Source: Gammaproteobacteria bacterium (GTDB taxonomy: Bacteria > Pseudomonadota > Gammaproteobacteria > Eutrophobiales > Eutrophobiaceae). Taken from it: 64,000 nucleotides of DNA. The translations under genes and the position numbers were made by a program. The stretch is from contig OZ244905.1 of the NCBI GenBank assembly GCA_965221695.1, positions 2,336,001 to 2,400,000 of the forward strand, given 5' to 3'. Position 1 is the stretch's first letter. Each line of letters begins with the position of its first letter. Shown piece after piece: positions 27,710 to 37,746 of the stretch. The notes beneath the pieces were generated by a model that searched no databases, was not told the origin of the DNA, and saw nothing but the letters and a program-made list of their open reading frames with translations.

Positions 27710-28660
27710 ATGGTCAAAGAATTTGCTTCCAAGGCGGACCTGGGGGAGAAACAGGTAACGTTCAGCCGCTTGGCCGACAATGCCTACGCCTATACTGCGG
27801 AAGGCGACCCGAATACCGGCGTGATCATTGGCGACGACGGCGTTATGGTGATAGACACGCAGGCAACGCCGCTGATGGCCGAACGGGTGCTGGAAAAAAT
27901 CCGGTCGGTCACGGATAAACCCGTGAAATACGTGGTGATGACTCATTATCACGCAGTACGAGTACTGGGCGCCAGCGCCTACAAGCCGGAACACATCATC
28001 TCCAGCCGGGATACCTATGACCTCATCGTCGAGCGCGGCAAGCAGGACTGGAAATCCGAGTTTGAGCGCTTCCCGAGGCTGTTCAACGGCTATGAAACCA
28101 TTCCCGGCCTGACCTGGCCGACGATCACCTTTACCGGGGAGATGTCCCTGTGGATGGGCGATACGGAAGTGAAGATCATGCAACTGGGGCGCGGGCATAC
28201 CAAGGGCGATACCGTAGTCTGGCTTCCGGAAGAACGGGTATTGTACAGCGGCGATCTGGTGGAGTATGGGGCCACGCCGTATACCGGCGATGCCTACCTG
28301 CTGGATTGGCCCACAACCCTGGACAACATCAGCGCGCTGAAACCACTGGCCCTGGTGCCGGGACGCGGCGACGCGCTGGCGACGCCGGAAACCATACGGG
28401 AAGGTATCGACGGCACACGCGCGTTTGTTACCGCGATGTACCGCGCGGTTGAAGCAGGCCAGAAACAGGGGAAGGACCTGAAGGAAATCTACAAGGAAAC
28501 CTACGCCGCCCTGAAGCCCGACTTTGGCGAATGGGTGATCTTCGACCACTGCCTGCCGTTTGACGTGGCACGCGCCTACGATATTGCCTCGGGCATTGCC
28601 GACCCGCAGATCTGGACGGCGGAACGGGACTCGGAGATGTGGGAGGCGTTGGAGGGGTAG
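27710..28660 (+). CDS. MBL-fold metallo-hydrolase (THYHAVR subfamily)
   Basis: AEGDPNTG, THYHAVR, GHTKGD and SGDLVE; GAGG RBS upstream. Confidence 0.88.
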   Translation: MVKEFASKADLGEKQVTFSRLADNAYAYTAEGDPNTGVIIGDDGVMVIDTQATPLMAERVLEKIRSVTDKPVKYVVMTHYHAVRVLGASAYKPEHIISSRDTYDLIVERGKQDWKSEFERFPRLFNGYETIPGLTWPTITFTGEMSLWMGDTEVKIMQLGRGHTKGDTVVWLPEERVLYSGDLVEYGATPYTGDAYLLDWPTTLDNISALKPLALVPGRGDALATPETIREGIDGTRAFVTAMYRAVEAGQKQGKDLKEIYKETYAALKPDFGEWVIFDHCLPFDVARAYDIASGIADPQIWTAERDSEMWEALEG

Positions 28661-28664
28661 GCTG

Positions 28665-28871
28665 ATGGCAAACAAACTCCGGACAGAACTCGGCGTTGCC
28701 GACCCGGATGATTTTTATGCGCGACTGATTGACCTGCATGAAGGACTGACCACCGAACAAAGCCATAAAGTCAACGCCAAGGTGATCCTGCTGCTGGCGA
28801 ACCAAGTGGGCGACACGGATGTGCTGAACGAGACGCTGGAATACGTCCGCAAAGATTTGGAGGCCAGATAA
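28665..28871 (+). CDS. DUF2783 family small protein
   Basis: DPDDFYARLIDLHEGL...NAKVILLLANQVGD. Confidence 0.85.
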   Translation: MANKLRTELGVADPDDFYARLIDLHEGLTTEQSHKVNAKVILLLANQVGDTDVLNETLEYVRKDLEAR

Positions 28872-28885
28872 TTCAGGAATAATCA

Positions 28886-30055
28886 TTGTTTAATCTTGAT
28901 CGACATCACTGGTTGATCTTCCTGGCCGGCTGGGGGAGCTTTCTGGTCGGGAATTTGGCACAGGCGCTGGCGCCTCTGGTTGTGCAAGCCTTAACACAGC
29001 ACATGTCGATAACCACCAGTAAAGCGGGTTATCTGGTGTCGGCGGAGTTTACCGGGATTGCATTGACGGCCATACTGATAGGGCCGTTCATTGACAGGTG
29101 GCCCAAACGTAAAATTGCCATTATCGGCTGCCTGTCAGCAGTAACTTTACACATTATCAGTATTCAGCTTACATCGTCGTATTTGACGTTACTGTGTGTG
29201 CGTTTTTTGGCTGGATTGGGCGCAGGCGCCACCCTGGCCGCAGGCGGCGCAATCATTGCCGGCGCTGCCGCGCCGGATCGCATGTTTGCTTTAGTCAAAA
29301 CGTTCAATGCGATGGTCATGGCGGTTATGATCTGGTTGGCCGGTTATGCCGTGAAAAATTACGGTGTCGCCGGTGGCTACGGTGTGTTGGCATTGATTGT
29401 GTTCTGTACTCTACCACTGTTGTATTGTTTCCCCGCCGCAGTCAGAGAAAAACATAGCAACGCTAAAACCCGGCTGCCTCATTTTGTCCTGGGTTGTGTT
29501 ACTTTGTTTGCGCTTCTGAGCTGGGTCATGGTTGTCAGCGCGCCATGGGCGTATCTCGCCATTTTGGGCGAGCGTTCTGGTCTTGCAGTTGAACAAATCA
29601 GCGCTCTGCTCGGGGCAGGTTTTATCATCGGAATGTCAGGTGGGCTGCTGGCTGCATGGCTGGATCTGCGATTCGGCAGAAGCTTGCCGGTGATTATCGG
29701 GATACTGCTTAACGGCGTTACCTGGTTATTGATCTGTGCCGTACCCCATCAGATTGTTTATACCGTTTCGGTTTTACTTAATAATATAAGTTACTTTTTT
29801 ACTTTGCCTTATCTTCTTGGCGCAGCAGCAGCTCTGGACCGGGAAGGCCGTTGGGCATCAATTGCTTCAACTTCATTTCTGGGAGCGATTGCCATCGCGC
29901 CGGCTGCAGGTGGTTTAATTATGGAGCGCTGGAATGTAACAATGTTAGGCGTTTTTACATTGACAGGCGGGATTTTGACGGCCGTATTAGTAATTTTAGT
30001 GACGATCCGGCTTGCTGTCACTGAGCGTCATGAAACAACTGTAACCAGCGGGTAA
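28886..30055 (+). CDS. MFS transporter
   Basis: About 12 TM segments, FIDRWPKR and RFLAGLGAG. Confidence 0.85.
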   Translation: MFNLDRHHWLIFLAGWGSFLVGNLAQALAPLVVQALTQHMSITTSKAGYLVSAEFTGIALTAILIGPFIDRWPKRKIAIIGCLSAVTLHIISIQLTSSYLTLLCVRFLAGLGAGATLAAGGAIIAGAAAPDRMFALVKTFNAMVMAVMIWLAGYAVKNYGVAGGYGVLALIVFCTLPLLYCFPAAVREKHSNAKTRLPHFVLGCVTLFALLSWVMVVSAPWAYLAILGERSGLAVEQISALLGAGFIIGMSGGLLAAWLDLRFGRSLPVIIGILLNGVTWLLICAVPHQIVYTVSVLLNNISYFFTLPYLLGAAAALDREGRWASIASTSFLGAIAIAPAAGGLIMERWNVTMLGVFTLTGGILTAVLVILVTIRLAVTERHETTVTSG

Positions 30056-30118
30056 ACATACTCCATAAAACATGGAAACTCCCAGGTCAGATCAGAGGTT
30101 CAGTAACAATACAACTGC

Positions 30119-31174
30119 TTACTCAATAAACTGAGGCGCTCCCAACCCCAGTTCTTTCAGGGCTTTTCGATAAGCCAGAGAAACCGTATCGGCCGGTATA
30201 TGGATCTCTTCACGCACATCCAGGGGCAGTTCTTCCGGGCATTGCCTGGACACAAGGGCGACATCTTCCCGGTTGACCTGCTCCCATAACTCCAAATGGG
30301 AATGGGGGTAGCTATCAGGGAAACCCGACCATATGATCTGAAATATCCGTGTCTTATTTGCCGATACGGGGCAGGCCGCATCATAAATGGCGTAGGCGAG
30401 GTTACCGTCGCTATGTTTTTCCACGAGAGCAGATGAAAACGGCAGCGTCAACTCCGCCGTAAAGAGCGAGAGGCGTTCCTGTCCCAGAGTTTTTTCTACC
30501 AGCCGGCGATTACGCTTAAGAATATATGGTATTGACGTATCTACTTCAATTTCGTGCACTTCTGGCATATCCGGATTGCCGAATGTATCAGCGTGGACCC
30601 AAGACAAATGCGCAGCATCGTTGAAATTTTCGGTATGCCGGGACGCTGAACAATTCCAAACCTCGTCAATGACCATCTTCTTTATACTCGGATCAGTGGC
30701 AAACCTGTCACTTTCCAGGTCAGGCCATGCCGGGAGAGGAATCCCGGGTTTATCATTCATCAGGCAAATCCAGATAATTCCGTAACGCTCAACCGACTGG
30801 AACGTGATGAGACGCAGGCGTTCAGAGATAGGACGTTTTTTGTCTTCGACTGAAGGAATAAGCCGGCACCTTCCCTCCGCATCAAAATGCAAGGCATGCA
30901 TGGGACATACAATCATATCGTCCTTGAGCCAGCCCAGACTCAGAGGCGTGCCACGATGTGCGCAAATGTCTTTTGCAACCGTGATTCCCGAGTTGGTTCG
31001 GTAGATGACCAAAGGCACATCCAGCAATTTTGCTGAAACAGGTTTATGGCCGATATCCTTGGAGAATGCTACCGGATGCCAGAGCCCGGCCAGGATTTTC
31101 CAGTCGTTTTCATTCAGGCTGCAGTTTCGCGGGAGTGTTGATGTGTTTTTTGAATGATCGCTTGATAAGAACAC
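30119..31174 (-). CDS. Rieske non-heme iron oxygenase (VanA/NdmA-like demethylase family)
   Basis: CAHRG...CPMH Rieske ligands, ENFNDAAHLSWVH mononuclear Fe ligands and RED. Confidence 0.9.
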   Translation of the reverse strand: MFLSSDHSKNTSTLPRNCSLNENDWKILAGLWHPVAFSKDIGHKPVSAKLLDVPLVIYRTNSGITVAKDICAHRGTPLSLGWLKDDMIVCPMHALHFDAEGRCRLIPSVEDKKRPISERLRLITFQSVERYGIIWICLMNDKPGIPLPAWPDLESDRFATDPSIKKMVIDEVWNCSASRHTENFNDAAHLSWVHADTFGNPDMPEVHEIEVDTSIPYILKRNRRLVEKTLGQERLSLFTAELTLPFSSALVEKHSDGNLAYAIYDAACPVSANKTRIFQIIWSGFPDSYPHSHLELWEQVNREDVALVSRQCPEELPLDVREEIHIPADTVSLAYRKALKELGLGAPQFIE

Positions 31175-31286
31175 GCCCAGCCTCCTTGAGTTAAGGATTA
31201 GATTTCTATCGTGATCGGCAATGGGAAATATCTTACGTTACCATTACACGAAGCCATTTTAAATGCATTCATGATATAAGGTGAAG

Positions 31287-31325
31287 TTAAGGAACCTCTG
31301 GGACTTAATCTCAGAGGTTCCTTAA
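31287..31325. repeat. Short palindromic element (IS-end/MITE-like), copy 2
   Basis: TTAAGGAACCTCTG-GGACTTAATCT-CAGAGGTTCCTTAA, with 14-bp perfect arms. Confidence 0.75.
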
Positions 31326-31624
31326 ATTAGTACCACACCGACCCGAATGATCATGCCAAGTGAGGATACTGGACAAATTAATGATATAGAATGTGATTCA
31401 TAACATTTTCGGCTTGAATCCTCTTGTTCAAAGCAGCATGCCCAAAATGGCAATATTAAACAACGAATATTATTTTTACCTCTCTGCAGTAATTTTCGTT
31501 ATTTTAGTCAATATCGGAAACGGTCTGACTGCCGCTCAACATGCTGGCAACAATTGTGCCGCTCCTGCCGGCGATACACGAGCCGACTATAATCAGGATT
31601 GGCCGGCTTCTTTTGGGATAGGAA

Positions 31625-32707
31625 ATGAATAATCTAACATCAACCCCTGATTTGATCAGCGAGACTGTTTGGCGTTACTTTTGGTTTCCAGTCTGTACGC
31701 TGGAGGAGTTTTATACGGCGGCCCCGAGCGGTAGAGGACCACTCAAAGTCATGCTTCTGGGTGAAAACCTGGTCATTGTCGAACTTAGCGAGGGGATTGT
31801 CGCGCTTGGTGAAAGGTGCTGTCATCGTTCAGCTTCGCTCGCATTGGGGTTTGTCGATAAAGGCAAATTACGATGCCGCTATCATGGCTGGGCATACAAT
31901 GGCAAAGGTCATTGTGTGGAAATTCCGTCCTGTCCCGATATGGACATACCTGAAGTTGCCAAGGTCGCTCAATACGAGGCGCAAGAAGCCTATGGCCTGG
32001 TGTGGGTGCGTTTGGATTCAAGCGCCGATACAGAGATACCTCTGTGTCCTGGATTTACTGATAAGAACTTCAAAGCAGTCCAGATTGATCCTTACGATTG
32101 GCGGACTTCGGCAGCCAGACGATTGGAGAATTATGTTGATCTGGCACATTTTCCATATGTGCACCCTAATACATTATTTGATCCGAATATCATGAATGTG
32201 ACTCCGCCGTATGTCGACAGGGTAGATGGACAACTGGTTTTTTATTTTGAAGCGCCTGAAGATATGCCTGTGCCGGATCTGGCGCTGATGGGAAAAACCA
32301 ATTATCAGATCACGATCCCGTTTACCGTGAATGCGGAATTCTTGCTCAATACCCAAGCAGGCAGAGGCAACAGGGCAATCCTCTGGATGTCTGCCTCGCC
32401 AATCGACTCAAAAAACTGCCGGGTTTTTTCATTTACCTGTCGCGATCATGATAAGGATAAACCCGATTATCCGCATGTTGCATTTCAGGAACAGGTTTTG
32501 AATGAAGACAAGCCTGTAATTGAAAGCCAATATCCTCAGGAAATTCCTAACCCCTCCCAAGAAATATCGGTTCAGTCAGATAAAGTATCGATATACTATC
32601 GTAAATGGTTGCGTCAACTCGCGGTAGCGGCGGAAAAAGGTCCCTCTGAATTAATGAAGTGTATTACATCAGAAGTTAAGGATCCGACCAGAAAACAGTC
32701 GGTGTAG
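31625..32707 (+). CDS. Rieske non-heme iron oxygenase (VanA/NdmA-like demethylase family)
   Basis: CCHRS...CRYHG, ENYVDLAHFPYVH and NEDKPVIESQYP. Confidence 0.9.
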   Translation: MNNLTSTPDLISETVWRYFWFPVCTLEEFYTAAPSGRGPLKVMLLGENLVIVELSEGIVALGERCCHRSASLALGFVDKGKLRCRYHGWAYNGKGHCVEIPSCPDMDIPEVAKVAQYEAQEAYGLVWVRLDSSADTEIPLCPGFTDKNFKAVQIDPYDWRTSAARRLENYVDLAHFPYVHPNTLFDPNIMNVTPPYVDRVDGQLVFYFEAPEDMPVPDLALMGKTNYQITIPFTVNAEFLLNTQAGRGNRAILWMSASPIDSKNCRVFSFTCRDHDKDKPDYPHVAFQEQVLNEDKPVIESQYPQEIPNPSQEISVQSDKVSIYYRKWLRQLAVAAEKGPSELMKCITSEVKDPTRKQSV

Positions 32708-32925
32708 TATAGGGTTGAATATGAAAGGATCATTAAATATTATCAGATGATTATCGGATGAACTCTTCAACAGAGAATTTATTCTTGGTACTACGGTTAG
32801 CTATTGTTTGGCGCTACTTGGACATAGGTTATGTGGATTACATTTCCTTCTGTAAATTAAGCCTGTTGTGCAATATATGCATGATGAGACCAGCGATAAT
32901 TTAGGGCCACTTGGGAGGAGAAAAA

Positions 32926-35208
32926 ATGCGGCTAATATTGACCAGTTTTAATCGAATGGCAAGAGTCACGCTACACTTCGCATTGTTATTCATTTTTTCG
33001 AATTCGGTAACGGCTCAGGGTGTGCTTGAAGAGATACTCGTAACGGCGCAAAAGCGGGAACAAAGTCTGCAAGACGTGCCCATTGCTGTGTCAGCGATTA
33101 CCGGAAATACAATAAGAAAACGTGCAATTGCTCAAGGTAGAGAGCTGTTGGATTCGATCCCGGGTTTAACTACTGCCGGCACTGGTTTTGGGAAGGTCGA
33201 GTACAGCCTGCGAGGCGTAGGTGTTGATGATTTTCAGTCCTCAGCAGGAAATGCGACTGCGATTTATCAGGATGGGGTCGTATTCGGTTCCACCTTCGGC
33301 ACATCCGGCCTGATTTTCGATCTGGATCGCGTAGAGGTATTGAAAGGCCCGCAAGGAACATTATGGGGTAGAAACACAACAGGCGGATTGGTGAATTATG
33401 TGTCCGTCAAGCCGGAAGTAGGTGGAGAAATCAATGGTTATGCCAGCGCTACCGCGGCTGAATATGATCAATACAACTTCGAAGGGGCAGTTGGTTTACC
33501 TTTAACTGACACAATGGCTGCTCGTATCAGTGGCACTTTCCGTACCCTCGATGGTTATTTTGAAAATGCTAACCCGGCAGCAACCGGAGATGATGATACT
33601 GGTGGTTATGACTGGGGTGCTATCCGGGGCCAACTGGTCTGGCAACCGGATGAGCGTTTAACAACCAGGTTGTCCATTACCTATAGTGAGCTGGATGGTG
33701 AGGACACCCCACATAAGGCATTTGGTCTAGGCGCACATCCGTTTGATTTCGGGTTCTCCTGTACTGACCCCCTGCGTGGCCGGCCTGGGTCTACTTGTGT
33801 AAACCTGTTAGGTGACGTAGCGAATTCAGACGTATATGCGACTGAGCAAGGCGAAGACGGATTTTCTAAAATGGAGTTGTTTCAAACAGCTTTATTCATC
33901 GATTATGAGTTCGATGCGGTTACTGCAACGGTGATTGCGGCGTTTCAGTCTAACGAAAGGCAGGATTTAAATGAAACGGACGGCTCTCCATCCGGAGTAT
34001 TACGGGCCAATTTTGACGATGAACACGAACAATGGAGTGTGGAAGCGAGGTTGTCCTCGAACAGCGATGGTCCGATACGATGGGTGATAGGCGGTTTTTA
34101 TTATGATGATGAACTTGAATATTTTCGATCCAATTATATTTTGGCATTTGGCGGCACCAGCGCCGGGCGTTTGAATATTATAGAGTCTGAAAATAAGGCG
34201 ATTTTTGGTGAAGTTTCCTATGATTTTACTGATCGTTTTACCGCGACGGCCGGCGTAAGGTTAACCTGGGATGAACGGGAAGGCGCTATTCGCGCCGGTA
34301 GCCTGGCGCCGCCTAATCCCACTTTGACCAACAAATTTATCGGCAGAGACCTTTGGTTCAGCCTGCCGCATGTCATACTGGCTGATGAGGATAATAAGAA
34401 AGAAGACTGGTTTGAGCCAAGCGCAAGAGTTTCATTGCAATATGCGCTGATGGAAGAAGTCAATCTTTGGTTTACCTGGTCTCGCAGTTTCAGAGGTGGT
34501 GATTTTAATGGTGGCGCATTGGCTAACGATGAATTTGAAGTCACCGATCCGGAATTTTTGAATAATTATGAAGCCGGCTTCAAGGGTGATTTCCTGAATG
34601 GGGCTTTACGCCTGAACGCATCAGGTTATTATTATGATTATACGAACAAAATCGGTTTTGTTGAGATTCCGGGCGCGCGTGGCGAGTTAGGTAGCATATC
34701 CTTGCTGGCAAACTTTGGTGATGTGGAAGGCTACGGCGCTGAAGTTGAACTTGATTGGCAACCGGTTGAGCAATTTAATATATATACAAATTTTGCATGG
34801 ACGGAGTCCGAATTCGTCACCACCAGTTTTGATCTCGGCTTTGGGGGAGGTGATGTGACCGGTAACAGGACTGCGAAAACGCCGGCTTTAACTATGAATG
34901 CGTTTTTCACTTATACAGCGCCTATGGCGCAGGGCGGCCGCTTGGATCTGACCTTCAATCCTCACTGGCGGGATAATCAATATTTCACTGATACCAATAC
35001 AGACTATGAGTCTCAGGATGCTTTTTGGATACTGAATGCCAGTATCGGTTATACCAGCGCTGACGATAAGTGGGACGCGAGACTCTGGGTCAAAAACCTC
35101 ACCGATGAAGAATGGCTCGCTGATGGATTCACTTTCATCGCTGAACATTTGTCCTTACCGGGCGGTCCGCCTCGACAAATTGGAGGTACTGTATCGTATC
35201 GTTTTTGA
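32926..35208 (+). CDS. TonB-dependent receptor
   Basis: EEILVTAQKREQ, RVEVLKGPQGTLWGRN and a C-terminal YRF. Confidence 0.95.
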   Translation: MRLILTSFNRMARVTLHFALLFIFSNSVTAQGVLEEILVTAQKREQSLQDVPIAVSAITGNTIRKRAIAQGRELLDSIPGLTTAGTGFGKVEYSLRGVGVDDFQSSAGNATAIYQDGVVFGSTFGTSGLIFDLDRVEVLKGPQGTLWGRNTTGGLVNYVSVKPEVGGEINGYASATAAEYDQYNFEGAVGLPLTDTMAARISGTFRTLDGYFENANPAATGDDDTGGYDWGAIRGQLVWQPDERLTTRLSITYSELDGEDTPHKAFGLGAHPFDFGFSCTDPLRGRPGSTCVNLLGDVANSDVYATEQGEDGFSKMELFQTALFIDYEFDAVTATVIAAFQSNERQDLNETDGSPSGVLRANFDDEHEQWSVEARLSSNSDGPIRWVIGGFYYDDELEYFRSNYILAFGGTSAGRLNIIESENKAIFGEVSYDFTDRFTATAGVRLTWDEREGAIRAGSLAPPNPTLTNKFIGRDLWFSLPHVILADEDNKKEDWFEPSARVSLQYALMEEVNLWFTWSRSFRGGDFNGGALANDEFEVTDPEFLNNYEAGFKGDFLNGALRLNASGYYYDYTNKIGFVEIPGARGELGSISLLANFGDVEGYGAEVELDWQPVEQFNIYTNFAWTESEFVTTSFDLGFGGGDVTGNRTAKTPALTMNAFFTYTAPMAQGGRLDLTFNPHWRDNQYFTDTNTDYESQDAFWILNASIGYTSADDKWDARLWVKNLTDEEWLADGFTFIAEHLSLPGGPPRQIGGTVSYRF

Positions 35209-35237
35209 TTGCCAGTACTAGCCAAGTAATAAATATC

Positions 35238-35269
35238 AACAGGGTGGAGTTTTCCACCCTGTTTATTTT
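35238..35269 (+). terminator. Rho-independent terminator / stabilising hairpin after the TBDR gene
   Basis: AACAGGGTGGA-GTTT-TCCACCCTGTT followed by TATTTT. Confidence 0.75.
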
Positions 35270-35316
35270 CTCGGACTCATATTCCTACGGTATTTTAAAT
35301 TATATATGTTTTGGAC

Positions 35317-36666
35317 ATGACCAATACATCAATGGCTTCTAACAGTCTTAAAAATGCTTACCCCAATCCTGTGTACGCCTGGTACGTCGCAACGGTATTG
35401 ATGATTGCCAACATTGTGTCTTTTATCGACAGGCAAATCATCAGTTTGCTGATAGAACCCATTAAGGCGGATTTAAGCTTGACCGACACGCAAATCAGTG
35501 TGCTGCACGGTTTCGCTTTTGCAGTATTTTATGCGCTTATGGGTATACTCATCGGACGTCTGGCAGACTCAAAAAATCGTCGAACCATAATTGCTGTAGG
35601 CATCACGGCATGGAGCCTTATGACTGCTTGTTGCGGGTTGGCAAAAACCTTCTGGGTGTTTTTCCTGGCCCGCGTCGGTGTCGGTGTAGGCGAGGCGACC
35701 CTATCGCCGTGTGGTTATTCGATGATCTCTGATTATTTTCCCAGAGATAAACGCAGCAAACCCATCAGTCTGTTGGCAATGGGACCCTATGTAGGTGGAG
35801 GAATGTCGTTTATTCTGGGTGGGCTGGTAGTACAACTGGTGGCAAACAGCGCTGCGCTTGAGTTACCTATAGTGGGTGTGTTGCAGCCATGGCAAACCAC
35901 ATTTATCGTTGTCGGATTACCAGGTGTGCTGGTTGGTCTGCTGGTATTGTTAACCGTCAAGGAACCTGTCCGACATGATAAATTATTGCAACTGGAGAAT
36001 GAGCAGGAAGTTTTGCCGCTGAGTGAAACCTTTCGGTACATCGCATCACATTTTCGCGTGTATACAACCGTCACCCTGGGCTACTCCACCACTGCCATGC
36101 TGGGTTATGGTTTGCTGGCCTGGACGCCCACTTTGTTTATTCGTAATTTTGCCTGGACACCAGGCGAGGTGGGCATGGTATTCGGCCTGCTGGTATTGAT
36201 CTTTGGCGGCATCGGGACCTTTTTGGGCGGGGTCTGGGCTGATTGGTTGATCCGGCGAAAGCATGCTGATGCTTATTTGCGGGTATCTGTCTATGGCGCG
36301 GTCGGTTTGTTATTTTTTATCCTGGCGCCGCTGGCGCCCAACGCTGCTATGGTCCTGTGCCTGTTAGCGCCAACTTTATTTTTCATAGGCGTTCATGTAG
36401 GCGTCGGCATGGCTTGCATCACACAGGTCACACCCAATGAATTCCGCGGGCAGATATTAGCGATTTACCTGTTTGTGCTGATACTCATCGGCGCGGGTCT
36501 CGGACCGTTTATGGTGGCGTTCTTTACAGACTATGTGTTTAAAGATCCATTGTTAGTAAATTATTCCCTGTCACTCTTTGGAGGGATCTTCGTGCCGGTA
36601 GCCTTTATTATTTTTTACTCTGGCCTTAAACCCTTTGCAAGCATGATCGAAGAACTAAGGTACTAA
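35317..36666 (+). CDS. MFS transporter (spinster-like)
   Basis: FIDRQIISLLIEPIKADL, GRLADSKNRR and ARVGVGVGEA...SDYFP. Confidence 0.92.
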   Translation: MTNTSMASNSLKNAYPNPVYAWYVATVLMIANIVSFIDRQIISLLIEPIKADLSLTDTQISVLHGFAFAVFYALMGILIGRLADSKNRRTIIAVGITAWSLMTACCGLAKTFWVFFLARVGVGVGEATLSPCGYSMISDYFPRDKRSKPISLLAMGPYVGGGMSFILGGLVVQLVANSAALELPIVGVLQPWQTTFIVVGLPGVLVGLLVLLTVKEPVRHDKLLQLENEQEVLPLSETFRYIASHFRVYTTVTLGYSTTAMLGYGLLAWTPTLFIRNFAWTPGEVGMVFGLLVLIFGGIGTFLGGVWADWLIRRKHADAYLRVSVYGAVGLLFFILAPLAPNAAMVLCLLAPTLFFIGVHVGVGMACITQVTPNEFRGQILAIYLFVLILIGAGLGPFMVAFFTDYVFKDPLLVNYSLSLFGGIFVPVAFIIFYSGLKPFASMIEELRY

Positions 36667-36696
36667 TACGATTGATTGCGCCAGGAAATATCACCT

Positions 36697-37737
36697 GTGT
36701 TTTTATCAAGAAATTTTGCAAGTGATGCTTCCGGTTATCCGGAAAATTCAGATATTACAAAAAGTGACTGGCTGGTTCTGGCAGCGATGTGGCACCCGGT
36801 TGCCCTGATAGATGAGATCAATGAAAATCCGCGCCGCTTCACATTACTGGATCTGCCGCTGGTCATATTTCGCGCCAGCCAGGGCGTTACCGTAGCCAGA
36901 GATATCTGTCCTCATCGAGGCGCTCCGCTGAGCATGGGTCATGTGAAAGAAGACAGGATTATCTGTCCCTACCATGGGTTGGAATTCGCGCCTGACGGGA
37001 CCTGTGTCAGGATTCCGGCGCGGGAAGATCAATCTGCCCCTATCGCCGGTAGTTTTAACCTCATCACGTACCGTAACACCGAACGATATGGTTTGCTCTG
37101 GGTCTGTCTGAAGCCCGAACCGATAGTACCCCTGCCGGATTGGCCTATTCTTGGAAATGAGAAAGTGATGAGTAACCCGGATACGACGATTACAATCAAT
37201 TCCGAAGTGTGGGAAGTATCAGCGCCTCGCCACGTGGAAAATTTTAATGATCCCGCCCATCTCCCTTTCGTTCATGCGGACACGTTTGGGAATCCTGAAG
37301 ATCCAAGGATACCGGAATTTGACGTGGATATAACAGTTCCCTATGTGCTAAGACGCGTTAAATTAAGCCGTTCCGAGGTACGGGGGATTAAAAGAGACTT
37401 TGCTTTGGTGTCTGAACTGACATTGCCATTTTCCTCTATGCTGGTTGACCAAGAGGAAGACGGCAGGATAAGGTATGCCATACACGATGTTGCATCGCCT
37501 AATTCCGCTTATCAATCCACTATCTACCAGATAGCCATATCGGAATGTGATGATCCCCGGGCGCACTTGGACTATATGCTTCAGGTAAACAGCGAAGATA
37601 TAGCCCTGGTAGAAAAACTGTATCCCAAGGACTACCTGCTCAACATAAGGAACGAACGGCACACTCATGCTGATGCATGCAGCGTTGCATATAAAAAGGC
37701 TTTAGTTAAATTGGGTTTGGGTGTTGCTGAAAAATAA
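36697..37737 (+). CDS. Rieske non-heme iron oxygenase, paralog of 30119-31174
   Basis: CPHRG...CPYHG and ENFNDPAHLPFVHADTFGNP. GTG start chosen by analogy to the paralog (the ORF opens at 36676). Confidence 0.9.
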   Translation: MFLSRNFASDASGYPENSDITKSDWLVLAAMWHPVALIDEINENPRRFTLLDLPLVIFRASQGVTVARDICPHRGAPLSMGHVKEDRIICPYHGLEFAPDGTCVRIPAREDQSAPIAGSFNLITYRNTERYGLLWVCLKPEPIVPLPDWPILGNEKVMSNPDTTITINSEVWEVSAPRHVENFNDPAHLPFVHADTFGNPEDPRIPEFDVDITVPYVLRRVKLSRSEVRGIKRDFALVSELTLPFSSMLVDQEEDGRIRYAIHDVASPNSAYQSTIYQIAISECDDPRAHLDYMLQVNSEDIALVEKLYPKDYLLNIRNERHTHADACSVAYKKALVKLGLGVAEK

Positions 37738-37746
37738 ACCTTGCAT

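Noticed and set aside
31393-31632. 79-aa ORF upstream of the second Rieske gene
   Set aside because: AT-rich intergenic-like sequence with no recognisable motif or clear RBS. It cannot be supported, though it is not excluded.
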